From contig CAVOLQ010000005.1 in assembly GCA_963696875.1 (NCBI GenBank), positions 70,142 to 134,141 of the forward strand: a stretch of DNA of 64,000 nt. Direction: 5' to 3'. Origin of the DNA: an uncultured Sphingobacteriaceae bacterium (GTDB lineage Bacteria > Bacteroidota > Bacteroidia > Sphingobacteriales > Sphingobacteriaceae). Numbering within the stretch: position 1 is the stretch's first letter; each line of letters begins with the position of its first letter. This document shows, piece by piece, positions 20,332 to 31,076 of this stretch. Position numbers and translations under genes: made by a program. The notes beneath the pieces are model-generated. The model was not told the DNA's origin, did no database searches, and was given only the letters and a program-made list of their open reading frames with translations.

Positions 20332-21906
20332 TTATTGATCGTATGCTTTATGAAAATCCAAGTCTTGAAAGTCAAAGCTAAAATCTGTTAATGGCGAAAT
20401 AGCTTCCATTTTTATCCCTTCGGCTTTTCCTTCCTTCGACAAAGAAAAAATCATGAATGCATCAGCATCCATACTCCTATCTTCCCATTTTACCACAAAG
20501 GTGTTGCCTTTGTAATAGAAGGCTTCTCCTCGTAATTTAGGAGATTTTTCAGAATGAAAATAAAGATGATTATTTTTTATTGTTAGGACGATAGTGCCAA
20601 ACCATGGATCTTGATATTTTCCTGTATAGGCTGCCAGGTCTGGCTGTCTTTGTTGATTATCAATGACTTCCCAAATTTCATCAGTAATACCTTTAGCATC
20701 GGCCTCTCTTTTTTGAACATTTGTAGCGTATTCTTTAATCCTATCAGTTCCTTTTATGCCAAAGTAAGCATCTTTAATTTGGTTGCTAATGGCTGTAAAA
20801 GCAGCTCCCGACTGTTGATTAGTTAAAACAAGGATACCCAAATTTAATTCGGGAAGTATGGTTGTTTGAGTTACTACTCCTCCTAAACCTCCAGTATGCA
20901 TTGCCTGAAAATAACCATAGATATCAGTGAGGTTCCAGCCCAATCCATAACTTGTAGAATTTGACTTATAAGGGGTAACTGCACGTCCTCTAATAATCGT
21001 TTGAGGTGTCCACATTTCAGCATGCACAGAAGAGCTAAAGAGGGTATTTGTTAATTGCGGGCCATACTTTCCTCCATTCAATTGTAGCAGCACCCATTTA
21101 CTTAAATCTGCAATATTTGAGTAAATCCCTCCCGCCGCATTGCCCATATCTGCAAAATAACTGCTCACCACTTCTAGCTTTCCGTTAATAGGTGCATGCG
21201 CATCAATCACATTCTCTCTATTTTTTATTCTTTTCAAAGAAGCGGAACTCTGGTCCATTTTTAAGGGCACCATAATTCGCTTTTCAATAAAGTCTTCCCA
21301 AGACATACCCGACACCCGATCTACCACTTCGCCTGCAACAATGTAGAGAAGATTATCATAATCATATTTAGTTCGAAAACTAGAAACAGGCTTTAAATAA
21401 CGTAGATTATGAATTAATTCTTTCTTGGTCACCTTGGTCGAATCAGGCCATATCATTAAATCACCAGCTCCTAAACCTAAACCGCTTCTATGAGTTAGTA
21501 AATCTCGAATGGTGAACTCTTCAGTGACAAAGGGATTATACAGCATAAACTCCGGTATCACATCCCTAACTTTTGTATCCCATTTGATTTTTCCCTCATC
21601 GACTAACATGCCGATCGCAGCACTTGTAAAGGCTTTGGAATTGGAAGCAATTGCAAACAATGTGTTTCCGTCTACTGGTTTTTGTGAGACTATTGAACGA
21701 ACCCCATAGCCCTTAGAATGAATAACTTGCCCATCCTTTATAATAGCCAAAGCTATACCGGGTACATTAAACGTTAGTAAAGTCTTTTCAACCAAGCTGT
21801 CCAATTGATATGAATTTAATCCTTGGGCGAAGCTTCTACCTGAAAAGCAGGAAAACACAATAATACAGAGAATGGCAATTTGCGATGGCAAGGAAAATCG
21901 TTTCAT
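20332..21906 (-). CDS. Serine hydrolase, beta-lactamase/penicillin-binding fold with C-terminal lipocalin-like extension
   Basis: Signal peptide, SxxK motif (ASNSKAFT), YSN-like motif. ATG at 21906 preferred. Confidence 0.8.
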   Translation of the reverse strand: MKRFSLPSQIAILCIIVFSCFSGRSFAQGLNSYQLDSLVEKTLLTFNVPGIALAIIKDGQVIHSKGYGVRSIVSQKPVDGNTLFAIASNSKAFTSAAIGMLVDEGKIKWDTKVRDVIPEFMLYNPFVTEEFTIRDLLTHRSGLGLGAGDLMIWPDSTKVTKKELIHNLRYLKPVSSFRTKYDYDNLLYIVAGEVVDRVSGMSWEDFIEKRIMVPLKMDQSSASLKRIKNRENVIDAHAPINGKLEVVSSYFADMGNAAGGIYSNIADLSKWVLLQLNGGKYGPQLTNTLFSSSVHAEMWTPQTIIRGRAVTPYKSNSTSYGLGWNLTDIYGYFQAMHTGGLGGVVTQTTILPELNLGILVLTNQQSGAAFTAISNQIKDAYFGIKGTDRIKEYATNVQKREADAKGITDEIWEVIDNQQRQPDLAAYTGKYQDPWFGTIVLTIKNNHLYFHSEKSPKLRGEAFYYKGNTFVVKWEDRSMDADAFMIFSLSKEGKAEGIKMEAISPLTDFSFDFQDLDFHKAYDQ

Positions 21907-22016
21907 GAAATTCAATTTAGATTGGTGAATTTAGATATAATTGCTTTTAATTACAATTTATCAATGAAGCGATTAGAAAGATGTGGTTTTCCGACACCAT
22001 CTAAAAGAAAAGAAGG

Positions 22017-23201
22017 CTAGTTTCCTAATTGCTTAATGGCAAGATAAGCCATTAAGCCCGTACTTAATTCTAATGCATTCTCATCAATATCAAAAGTAGA
22101 AGTATGAACGGGTGATGTAATTCCTAACTCTTTGTTTCCGGTACCCAGACGGTAAAAACATGCAGGAACTTGCTGCGAATAAAATGCAAAATCTTCAGCA
22201 GCGAGCCACAGATCCAGATCTTCCACATTTTCCTTGCCTACATAATCTTCTGCGAAGGACCTGGTTTGATTAGTTAGGTTTTCCTCATTTACAAGAACTG
22301 GATAGCCCTTACGGATTTCAAAGTCGCAGGAGGCGTCCATACTTTCTGCAATGCCCACCGCCATTTTCTTCATCTTTTCGTGAGCTTTTTGCCTCCAGTC
22401 TTCACTAAAAGTACGAAATGTTCCTTCCAAAATCACCTCGTCGGGAATAACATTGGTTGCTCCATCAGCAATTATTTTCCCGAAAGAAAGTACGGAGGGC
22501 ACTTTAGGATCCGCAATACGGCTTACAATTTGCTGTAATGCAGTAATTATATGTGCGGTAATAACTATTGGGTCAATATTTTGTTGAGGCTGCGCACCAT
22601 GGCCGCCTTTACCTTTTACCTTTACATAAATCTCATCGCTAGACGCCATGTATTTACCTGCGCGGAAGCCAACTTTTCCCGCTTCGATCATTGGCATTAC
22701 ATGTTGTCCAATGATTGCAGCAGGGTTTGGATTTTCTAAAACACCCTCCTTTATCATTATACTGGCACCTCCGGGAAGTTTCTCTTCGCCTGGCTGAAAG
22801 ACAAACTTTATAGTACCGCCAAACCTATCTTTTAACGTATTCAAAATTTCTGCTGCGCCTAATAAAGACGAGGTATGCGCGTCATGCCCACAAGCATGCA
22901 TTTTGCCTGCATTTTTTGAACCATATTCCCTGCCTGCAACCTCATTTATCGGCAAAGCATCCATATCAGCCCGGAGCGCAATGGTCTTGTCCGAAGGAAG
23001 TTGGCCTTTTAAAAGGCCAACAACTCCAGTATTAGCCATTATCTCCCAAGGAATACCAATTGCGTCCAATTTATTTTGGATAAATATAGAAGTCTCAAAT
23101 TCCTCAAACGAGATTTCCGGATTGGAGTGAAGATGGCGCCGGTTAGCGACCACACTTGGAAAAATCTTCTTCGAAAGGAATTTAATGTCTTCTTTAAGCA
23201 T
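22017..23201 (-). CDS. M20 family amidohydrolase (N-acyl-L-amino-acid amidohydrolase-like)
   Basis: LHSNPEISFEE, RADMDALP, MHACGHDAHT and GEE motifs of the M20D subfamily. Confidence 0.85.
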   Translation of the reverse strand: MLKEDIKFLSKKIFPSVVANRRHLHSNPEISFEEFETSIFIQNKLDAIGIPWEIMANTGVVGLLKGQLPSDKTIALRADMDALPINEVAGREYGSKNAGKMHACGHDAHTSSLLGAAEILNTLKDRFGGTIKFVFQPGEEKLPGGASIMIKEGVLENPNPAAIIGQHVMPMIEAGKVGFRAGKYMASSDEIYVKVKGKGGHGAQPQQNIDPIVITAHIITALQQIVSRIADPKVPSVLSFGKIIADGATNVIPDEVILEGTFRTFSEDWRQKAHEKMKKMAVGIAESMDASCDFEIRKGYPVLVNEENLTNQTRSFAEDYVGKENVEDLDLWLAAEDFAFYSQQVPACFYRLGTGNKELGITSPVHTSTFDIDENALELSTGLMAYLAIKQLGN

Positions 23202-23211
23202 CACCTTATTA

Positions 23212-23646
23212 TTAATAGACCACGTTTACCTGTTCAGTAAATAAAAATACCGCAGTAAAGTTTTTTCGAAGCTCCCGCATTAGCGCTTGAGCCTCACTGC
23301 GGCTTCTAAAATCACCAACTTTTACTCGATAATTCGGTTGAGTATAGCTTATATAAGTATTGATATCACTATGCATTCTCTGAAACCTAGCTTGTACCGC
23401 ATAGGCTTCGTTACGACTGGGTCCGGTATAAATTTGAACACGAAATCCTAATACGGTTCCTTTCGTCCCCGGCTTTCTAGCAATTTCATGCTCTGGTGTC
23501 GCAGCATATTCAATACGTTTTTGTTGCAATTTTAAAATCAAAGGATCTTCAATGACTTCCACCTTCCCATTTCCACGTTGCGCATTTGCATTTAAAGAAA
23601 AGAGAAAGAAAAGGATTCCAAAAAAGAAAAACTTTTTAAACTCCAT
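23212..23646 (-). CDS. SPOR domain-containing (peptidoglycan-binding) protein
   Basis: Signal peptide. C-terminal GFRVQIYTG....A......F....Y..PNYRVKVGDFRSRSEA is a SPOR repeat pattern. Confidence 0.7.
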   Translation of the reverse strand: MEFKKFFFFGILFFLFSLNANAQRGNGKVEVIEDPLILKLQQKRIEYAATPEHEIARKPGTKGTVLGFRVQIYTGPSRNEAYAVQARFQRMHSDINTYISYTQPNYRVKVGDFRSRSEAQALMRELRKNFTAVFLFTEQVNVVY

Positions 23647-23655
23647 ATTTAATAA

Positions 23656-26600
23656 TTAAGACTGCCCAATTCCATGGCAGTTTTTATATTTTTTCCCGCT
23701 TCCGCAGGGGCATTGATCATTACGTCCAATTTTAGTTTCATTCCTAATTGGCTGAGTCTTCTGTATTTCACGGGTATCATGATTAAGATCAGCTCCAGTT
23801 CCTGCGGCTGCAAACTCTGCTTTGGAAACTTTTAATCGTTGATTCTGTGCTTGCACTGGTCGTGCCTCACGAATCTCCTGTGGCTGTGGAAGCGGAATTT
23901 CCCCTTTAAATAAGAAGCTAACAATTTCCTTATTCATGCTAACTAGCATATCCTTGAATAAGTTAAATGCTTCCATCTTATAGATAATAATAGGATCTTT
24001 CTGTTCATATACAGCATTTTGAACAGATTGCTTTAAATCATCCATCTCACGAAGATGTTCTTTCCAAGCTTCGTCTATTAAAGCAAGAACAACTCCTTTC
24101 TCGAATGCCTTAAAAACTTCTTTTCCATCATTTTTAATTGCTTTTTTGAGATTAGTGGTTACTTGTAAAGCCCTCACGCCGTCTGTGAATGGAACGACTA
24201 TATTTTCAATTTGTTCTCCTCTCGTATCAAATACATCTTTTAAAACAGGGAAGGTTTGACTAGCAATATGTTCGGTTTTGCGATGATAAGCTTCCTTTAC
24301 TATTTCAAAGAGTTTTTCTGTTAAGCTGTTAATGCCTGTTTCTGTGAATTCGGCACTATCCATAGAAGGATCTACAGAGAAAACACGAATAAATTCTAAC
24401 TCGAATTCTTCATAGGCTCCTCCTTCTTTAAAATCACTTACTAATTCTTCTACGGTATCATAAATCGAATTATTTAAATCAACATCCAGTCGATCACCGA
24501 ATAAGGCATTTTTTCGTTTAGCGTAAATAACATTACGTTGAGAGTTCATTACGTCGTCGTACTCAAGCAAACGCTTACGAATACCGAAGTTATTTTCCTC
24601 AACTTTTTTTGTGCTCGCTCAATGGATTTAGTAATCATTGAGTGCTGGATAACCTCTCCTTCTTCAATACCCATCTTAACCATGATATTGGAGATCCGCT
24701 CAGATCCGAAAAGTCGCATCAAATTATCTTCTAAGGAAACGAAAAATTGAGATGAACCCGGATCACCTTGACGACCTGCACGACCTCTTAACTGTCTATC
24801 AACACGACGTGATTCATGACGCTCAGTACCAATAATGGCTAAACCACCGGCATCTTTAACTCCGGTGTCCAAGCTTTATATCTGTACCACGACCGGCCAT
24901 ATTGGTAGCAATTGTTACCGTTCCTGCTTGACCAGCTTCAGCAACGATGTCCGCTTCACGTTGGTGTAATTTTGCGTTCAATACATTATGCTTGATACCT
25001 CGCAATTTTAACATCCGGCTTAATAACTCAGAAATCTCAACTGAGGTTGTACCCACTAGAACAGGTCTTCCTGCTTGCGGTTAAACTCTGCTATTTCATC
25101 CGCTACTGCATTGTACTTTTCTCGGCCGTATGGTAAACCAGTCTTGGTCATCTTTACGTGGATATGGTACGTTTGTTGGTATCTCAACTACATCCAGTTT
25201 ATAGATTTGCCAGAACTCACCCGCTTCAGTGACTGCAGTACCGGTCATACCAGCCAATTTGTGATACATTCGGAAGATAGTTTTGTAAGGTTATCGTTGC
25301 ATAAGTTTGTGTAGCATCTTCTACCTTAACATTCTCTTTTGCTTCAATCGCCTGATGTAAGTCCGTCAGAATAACGACGGCCATCCATAATACGGCCGGT
25401 TTGCTCATCTACAATTTTTACTTTCCCTTCATCAAGAATATATTCAGCATCCTTCTCAAATAAAGTATATGCTTTTAATAATTGATTGATGGAATGAATA
25501 CGTTCAGATTTTATAGAAAAATCACGCATCAACTCATCTTTCTTCGCTAATTTTTCTTCAGCACTAAGGGTTGATTTTTCGATTTCCGCAATCTCAGATC
25601 CCACATCGGGCATCACAAAGAAGCTAGGGTCTTCACCCGAAGCCGTAATCAGTTCAATCCTTTTTCACTTAATTCAACCTGATTGTTTTTTTCATCAATG
25701 ACGAAATAAAGTTCAGCATCTACTTTAGGCATATTTTTATTTTGTTCTGCCATATAAAAGTTCTCCGCTTTGGTAAGCACCTGGCGGTTGCTACCTTCAC
25801 TTAAAAACTTAATCAATGCTTTACTTTTAGGCAAACCACGATGAGCACGTAATAAGTGCCAATCCTCCCTCTTCAACGTCAGTATCCCCCGCATGTATTG
25901 CTTTTTTTGCATCGTTTAATACGCCATTGATGAATGCCTTTTGGGTATTAACAAGTTTTTCGATTCTCGGTTTCAGTTCATAAAATTCATGCTCATCCCC
26001 TTTAGGAATCGGCCCAGAAATAATCAAGGGTGTACGCGCATCGTCAATCAAAACTGAATCGACCTCATCCACCATAGCAAAATGAAGTTTCCGCTGCACC
26101 AGACTTCAGGACTTTGGGTCATATTGTCACGTAGATAATCGAAACCGAATTCGTTATTGGTTCCAAACAGTAATATCAGCAGCATAGGCATTTCTACGAG
26201 CTTCAGAGTTTGGTTGGTGTTTGTCAATGCAATCTACTCTTAAGCCATGAAATTCAAATAAAGGTCCGTTCCATTCGGAGTCACGTCTAGCTAGATAATC
26301 GTTCACCGTTACTATATGCACCCCTTGTCCAGACAATGCATTTAAATAAGCAGGCAATGTACCTACTAATGTTTTTCCTTCACCTGTTGCCATTTCGGCA
26401 ATTTTACCTTGATGTAGAACGATACCTCCAATCAACTGAACATCATAGTGAATCATGTTCCAAGTAACTTCTACTCCCGCGGCAGTCCAAGTATTTTTCC
26501 AGAACGCTTTTTCACCTTGAATCTCGACGTGCGCCTTAGAAGCAGCAAGATCTTTGTCAAATTGTGTAGCGGTAACTTCAAGCATTTTATTTTCAGTAAA

Positions 26601-26960
26601 TCTTCTTGCAGTTTCTTTAACGACAGCAAAAGCTTCAGGGAGAATCTGCATCAAAACTTCTTCAAGCTTTTTATCCCTTTCTTTTTCAAGTTTATCTACC
26701 TTCTCATACAAAGATGTTTTTGCTGACATAGTCAGCTCATCTTGTTCTGCCTCGGTTTTTAGCTCTTCAACCTCCGCATCAATAGCCGCTAAATACTCGG
26801 CAATCGTCTCCTTAAAATAGACAGTCTTTGCTCTTAACTCATCATTACTTATACCATCTAATTTTGCATATTCTACCTTAATCTTTTCTACTAAAGGCTG
26901 TATATGTTTTATATCACGGGCAGATTTACTGCCGAAAATTTTACTCAGTAAGTTTAACAT
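23656..26960 (-). pseudogene. secA: Preprotein translocase ATPase SecA, fragmented by about 11 single-nt indels between 24604 and 26168
   Basis: Eight collinear minus-strand ORFs plus short unlisted segments together spell a complete SecA. Motifs include MATGEGKTL, (F/Y)[90 protein letters not shown] and a C-terminal zinc finger [14 protein letters not shown]. Confidence 0.9.
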
Positions 26961-27085
26961 TCTTATTTTTTATATAATTTTCTATAGCTGTCAATAAATA
27001 AGCCAAAATCGTACAGCAGACACCTTGACAGCCAGTTAATACGCAAAGTTAATAATTACAACGGAAATACTACAATGTGCACAAT

Positions 27086-28732
27086 CTAACGCCATTGCTT
27101 AAATTTATTTATCAGGCAATTAGTCGATGAGTCGTGAGAACTCACTTGCTGTTCATCTTTTAAATCGGGCAAAATTTCATTCGCTAATTGCTTTCCTAGT
27201 TCCACACCCCATTGATCAAAACTAAAAATATTCCAAATTACACCTTGAGTAAATATTTTATGTTCGTACAAAGCAATGAGTGTACCTAAGCTACGTGGAG
27301 TAATTTTTTTAAGCAAAAATGAGTTTGTAGGGCGGTTTCCCTCGAAAACCTTAAATGGCGCAAGCATTTTAATTTCATCCTCACTTTTTCCCGCAGCTTT
27401 TAATTCATTTACAACCTGGGCCTCTTCTTTCCCATTCATTAATGCCTTTGTCTGTGCAAAGAAGTTTGAAAGTAGGATGGCATGGTGGTTGCCGATAGGA
27501 TTGTGGCTTTGTGCCGGTGCTATAAAATCACAAGGAACCAATTTAGTTCCCTGATGTAGAAGTTGATAAAATGCATGCTGCCCGTTTGTTCCCGGTTCAC
27601 CCCAAATTATTGGACCCGTTTGATAATCAACTTTTTTACCCGACCTGTCAATGTATTTTCCATTACTCTCCATATCTCCTTGTTGAAAATAGGCAGGAAA
27701 ACGATGCATATACTGATCATAGGGTAATATTGCATGCGTTTCGGCATCAAAAAAATTATTATACCAAATCCCCAATAATCCCATAATAACAGGGATATTC
27801 TCTTCAAAAGGAGCTTCTCTGAAATGAACATCAGCATTATGAGCACCAACAAGCAGTTCGTTAAAATTATCAAAACCGATGCTAAGTGAAATCGATAGGC
27901 CAACAGCACTCCAAAGAGAATATCTCCCGCCTACCCAATCCCAAAACTCAAACATGTTCGCCGTATCAATTCCGAAAGATTCTACAGCTTCAGCATTTGT
28001 AGAAAGTGCCACAAAGTGCTTCTCAACATCTTGCTCCACGGCTCCATCTGCTAAAAGCCAATCCTTAGCGGTATGGGCATTTGTCATTGTTTCTTGAGTT
28101 GTAAATGTTTTCGAAGCAATTAAAAACAAGGTGGTCTCTGGATTTAAATTTCTAAATGCCTCCACGATATCCGTTCCATCAATATTGGAAACAAAATGCA
28201 TCGTCAAGTGATTTTTATATGCCTTTAGCGCCTCCGTTACCATCACAGGGCCCAAGTCAGATCCTCCTATTCCTATGTTCACTACGTCAGTTATCGCCTT
28301 GCCCGTATAACCTTTCCATGAGCCATTTATAACCGATTCGCTGAAACCCTTCATTTGGTGAAGTACTCTTCGAATTTCGGGCATTACATCTTGTCCATCA
28401 ACAAAAACTGGCTGATCAGACTGGTTTCTTAACGCAGTATGCAATACTGCTCGATGTTCGGTTTCATTAATAGGCTCGCCCGAAAAAAAGGAATCTATAG
28501 ACTCAGCAAGCATACATTCTCGAGCAAGCTGCATTAACAAGGCTACTGTTTCATCGTCAATTCTATTCTTAGAATAGTCGAAAAAGATATTGTCAAGTTG
28601 TAAAGAAAACTTTATGGCACGGTGGGGATCAGCACTAAAAAGTTCCTTTAAATGCTTTGGTGCAATATCGATATAATGGTTGATTAAATATTGGTAGGCC
28701 TTACTGGTAGTGAAGTCGAATTTGGCTAGCAT
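27086..28732 (-). CDS. pgi: Glucose-6-phosphate isomerase
   Basis: 548 aa. [19 protein letters not shown] and [11 protein letters not shown] motifs. Confidence 0.95.
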   Translation of the reverse strand: MLAKFDFTTSKAYQYLINHYIDIAPKHLKELFSADPHRAIKFSLQLDNIFFDYSKNRIDDETVALLMQLARECMLAESIDSFFSGEPINETEHRAVLHTALRNQSDQPVFVDGQDVMPEIRRVLHQMKGFSESVINGSWKGYTGKAITDVVNIGIGGSDLGPVMVTEALKAYKNHLTMHFVSNIDGTDIVEAFRNLNPETTLFLIASKTFTTQETMTNAHTAKDWLLADGAVEQDVEKHFVALSTNAEAVESFGIDTANMFEFWDWVGGRYSLWSAVGLSISLSIGFDNFNELLVGAHNADVHFREAPFEENIPVIMGLLGIWYNNFFDAETHAILPYDQYMHRFPAYFQQGDMESNGKYIDRSGKKVDYQTGPIIWGEPGTNGQHAFYQLLHQGTKLVPCDFIAPAQSHNPIGNHHAILLSNFFAQTKALMNGKEEAQVVNELKAAGKSEDEIKMLAPFKVFEGNRPTNSFLLKKITPRSLGTLIALYEHKIFTQGVIWNIFSFDQWGVELGKQLANEILPDLKDEQQVSSHDSSTNCLINKFKQWR

Positions 28733-28817
28733 TATCTTATGAATTACGTAGACACGAATTTACGTTTTTGGCATCGTGTTTGCAAGGCTATAAGAAAAAC
28801 AATTTAAAATTAAAATT

Positions 28818-29495
28818 ATGGTTTTTTCAAAAAGAATAGCAGTATTAGGTATTTCTTTAGCTACCTCAGCGATGTTAATTACAGGCTGTAGCTCGTTAAC
28901 CAATACTCAAAAAGGTGCAGGAATTGGCGCCGGGGCCGGTGCGGGTATAGGTGCTATTATTGGGAATAAAGCAGGCAACACTGCAGTTGGAGCTGTCATT
29001 GGCGGTGCTTTAGGTGGTGTGGCAGGTGGCTTAATAGGCAAAAAGATGGATAAACAAGCGGCTGAGATAGAAAAGACTGTTCCAGGTGCAGAAGTTATAA
29101 AAGCCGGAGAAGGCATTATTGTAAAATTTGATTCAGGAATCTTATTCGATTTTGATAAATCCGATTTAAAACCTGTAGCGAAATCAAATATACAAAAACT
29201 CGTCAACTCCTTAAACGAGAATGCAGACACCGACATCCTAGTCATAGGCCATACTGATAATGTAGGCCGTGCCGATTACAATTTAGGCTTATCAGATCGT
29301 CGTGCGGCATCTGTAAGAAGTTATGCAATCGCTCAAGGCTTGGCTGCCTCAAGAATTAGAACAGAAGGCAAAGGTGCAACTGAACCCATTGCAAGCAATG
29401 AAACCGAGGCAGGCCGTGCTCAGAATAGACGTGTTGAAATTGTAATCGTCGCAAACGACAAAATGAAAGCAGAAGCAAAATCTCAAGCTCAATAA
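28818..29495 (+). CDS. OmpA family lipoprotein with glycine-zipper N-terminal region
   Basis: Lipobox LITGCSS. Gly-zipper GAGIGAGAGAGIGAIIG. OmpA_C motifs GHTDNVG...NL.LS.RRA..V and NRRVEIV. Confidence 0.85.
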   Translation: MVFSKRIAVLGISLATSAMLITGCSSLTNTQKGAGIGAGAGAGIGAIIGNKAGNTAVGAVIGGALGGVAGGLIGKKMDKQAAEIEKTVPGAEVIKAGEGIIVKFDSGILFDFDKSDLKPVAKSNIQKLVNSLNENADTDILVIGHTDNVGRADYNLGLSDRRAASVRSYAIAQGLAASRIRTEGKGATEPIASNETEAGRAQNRRVEIVIVANDKMKAEAKSQAQ

Positions 29496-29513
29496 ATTAG
29501 CTATTATGAATTT

Positions 29514-29548
29514 AAAGCCGTGGCAATTTCATGCCACGGCTTTTTTTA
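29514..29548 (+). terminator. Rho-independent terminator of the OmpA-family gene
   Basis: Perfect 12-bp stem AAAGCCGTGGCA / TGCCACGGCTTT with a 6-nt loop, followed by a T-run. Confidence 0.75.
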
Positions 29549-29578
29549 TTTATTTTTATACAAAACATAAATAAATAC

Positions 29579-30883
29579 ATGACTAGATATCTATTTGTTC
29601 TTTTCCTATCTCTCTGTTATATTGGCACTTCTGCGCAAATTAAAAAGAGTCAAGTTTTAATCTTTGGAGATAGCGAAGCTGCGTGGGCCGCAGCTGTTCA
29701 GTCTGCAAGATCAGGGGTAAATACCCTATGGTTAAGAAATCAAAAAGATATTGGAACTCACTTTACGAAAAACGAAAGAGTGCAGGTCGATGCCAACCAC
29801 GGACTAGATGCGGGTTTATGGGCTGAATTTCTATCAAAAACAAGAGGAACATCCATTCCCAGCGACTCGATCTCTACTCTAGCAAAACAAGCGATCAACC
29901 CACAAATTGCGAAAAATGTATTTGCGGGCATCAGCGACTCTTTGAAAAACTTGATCACTTTATTTGATACAAAAATATCGAGTATTAAGAAGTCAGGAAA
30001 ACAATGGCAAATTGTACTAAACAACAATGATAGACTCAAAGTAAACGCTATTGTAGATGCTAGCGACAACGGAATTGCTTTAAACCTTATAGACAAAGAG
30101 GACCTATTTACACCAAAAGTCAATGAGGATATTCTTATTGCTCGCAATATTTATGACAATACTCTTTTCAGAACAGGTTTGATCGTATTTGAAGGAGAAA
30201 AAGAGCCCACAGAAATTCCGGCATCCCTTTTATTAAATATTCCCGCCGAAAACATCTTTGTTATCAATCGATATTCTTGGCTTGGAAATGACATAAGAAC
30301 AAGTATTAATAGCCTGCCAATTTTAATTCAAAGCGGACAAGCCGTTGGTGCAAGTGCAGCATATTGCGCTTTTTTTAAAACGACGACTGACAAGATAAAC
30401 ATTCGAACTCTTCAGGGCGAACTGCTCGCATATCATGGCCAGATCATACCTTTTCAAGACATCGAACTTCATGATCCTCACTTCTCAGCAATTCAACGAA
30501 TTGGTGCTACTGGGATTTTAAAGGGAGAAAACCATCAAAATGGAAATTTATTATCTTTTACCTTTGACCCTAAAAAAACTGTTTCGTCCAAGGAAATAGA
30601 ACCAATTATATTGAACCTTTATACCCGTAGCCAAATTTGGTTTAATGATAAAAATATTGAAAAACTTAAATTAGCTGATCTTTTGAGCCTAATAAAATTT
30701 ACTGCATTAAAAGGAGAAGAATTGGATATAGATGTGAAAAAAGGATGGACGCAGCGCTTTCATTTTGCCGGTCAATTCGATCTTGAAGAAGATTTAACGA
30801 GGCGCCAATTAGCAGTTTTAATCGATTATTATCTAAAACCGTTTAACGTCAAAGTAGATGAAAAAGGAGGATTTAGGTATTAA
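29579..30883 (+). CDS. Hypothetical secreted protein; degenerate FAD/NAD-binding-like N-terminus and SLH-like segment
   Basis: Start moved to MTRYLFVLFLSLCYIGTSAQ (signal peptide) because the longer ORF overlaps the upstream terminator. VLIFGDSEAAWAAAVQSARSG resembles a Rossmann GxGxxG region with the glycines lost. FQDIELHDPHFSAIQRIGATGILKG resembles an SLH motif. Confidence 0.4.
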   Translation: MTRYLFVLFLSLCYIGTSAQIKKSQVLIFGDSEAAWAAAVQSARSGVNTLWLRNQKDIGTHFTKNERVQVDANHGLDAGLWAEFLSKTRGTSIPSDSISTLAKQAINPQIAKNVFAGISDSLKNLITLFDTKISSIKKSGKQWQIVLNNNDRLKVNAIVDASDNGIALNLIDKEDLFTPKVNEDILIARNIYDNTLFRTGLIVFEGEKEPTEIPASLLLNIPAENIFVINRYSWLGNDIRTSINSLPILIQSGQAVGASAAYCAFFKTTTDKINIRTLQGELLAYHGQIIPFQDIELHDPHFSAIQRIGATGILKGENHQNGNLLSFTFDPKKTVSSKEIEPIILNLYTRSQIWFNDKNIEKLKLADLLSLIKFTALKGEELDIDVKKGWTQRFHFAGQFDLEEDLTRRQLAVLIDYYLKPFNVKVDEKGGFRY

Positions 30884-31074
30884 ATCAGCTGAGAGCTATC
30901 GAGTTTGAGCTATCAGCTCCTAGCAAAAAGGTGAATAATGCTTTTACTGATGCCTTGAGGGAATAAATATACATTCAAAAAGAAAGGTCGTCTCAAATTG
31001 AAACGACCTCAATAAACTTTATCCTTCAGTTGATAGCCTATTACTGATTGCTGACTACTGAAAAGCTGACAGCT
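30884..31074. repeat. Intergenic region with two heptamer-periodic arrays flanking a hairpin
   Basis: 30884-30918 reads ATCAGCT GAGAGCT ATCGAGT TTGAGCT ATCAGCT. 31040-31074 reads ATTACTG ATTGCTG ACTACTG AAAAGCT GACAGCT. The arrays abut the stop codons of the two convergent genes. Confidence 0.5.
30975..31009 (-). terminator. Probable rho-independent terminator of nagB
   Basis: 7-bp stem AGGTCGT/ACGACCT (30985-30991 / 31003-31009). On the minus strand it is followed by TTCTTTTTG. Confidence 0.55.
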
Positions 31075-31076
31075 TC

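Noticed and set aside
24549-26160. secA fragmentation as programmed frameshifting, an intein, or a deliberately split gene
   Set aside because: The 11 frame changes go in both directions and lack slippery heptamers or stimulatory structures. No extra intein-like sequence is inserted, and the segments are exactly collinear with SecA. Indel errors or mutations explain it better.
28907-29245. 112-aa minus-strand ORF rich in Pro/Ala opposite the OmpA-family gene
   Set aside because: It mirrors the Gly-zipper (GGN/GCN) codons on the opposite strand. It is an artefact of the repetitive composition.
30884-31076. Interpreting the 30.9-31.1 kb spacer as a MITE with terminal inverted repeats
   Set aside because: The two heptamer arrays share only short words (TCAGCT, GCTATCA) at non-collinear spacing. 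True terminal inverted repeats are not supported, so it is reported only as a periodic-repeat architecture.
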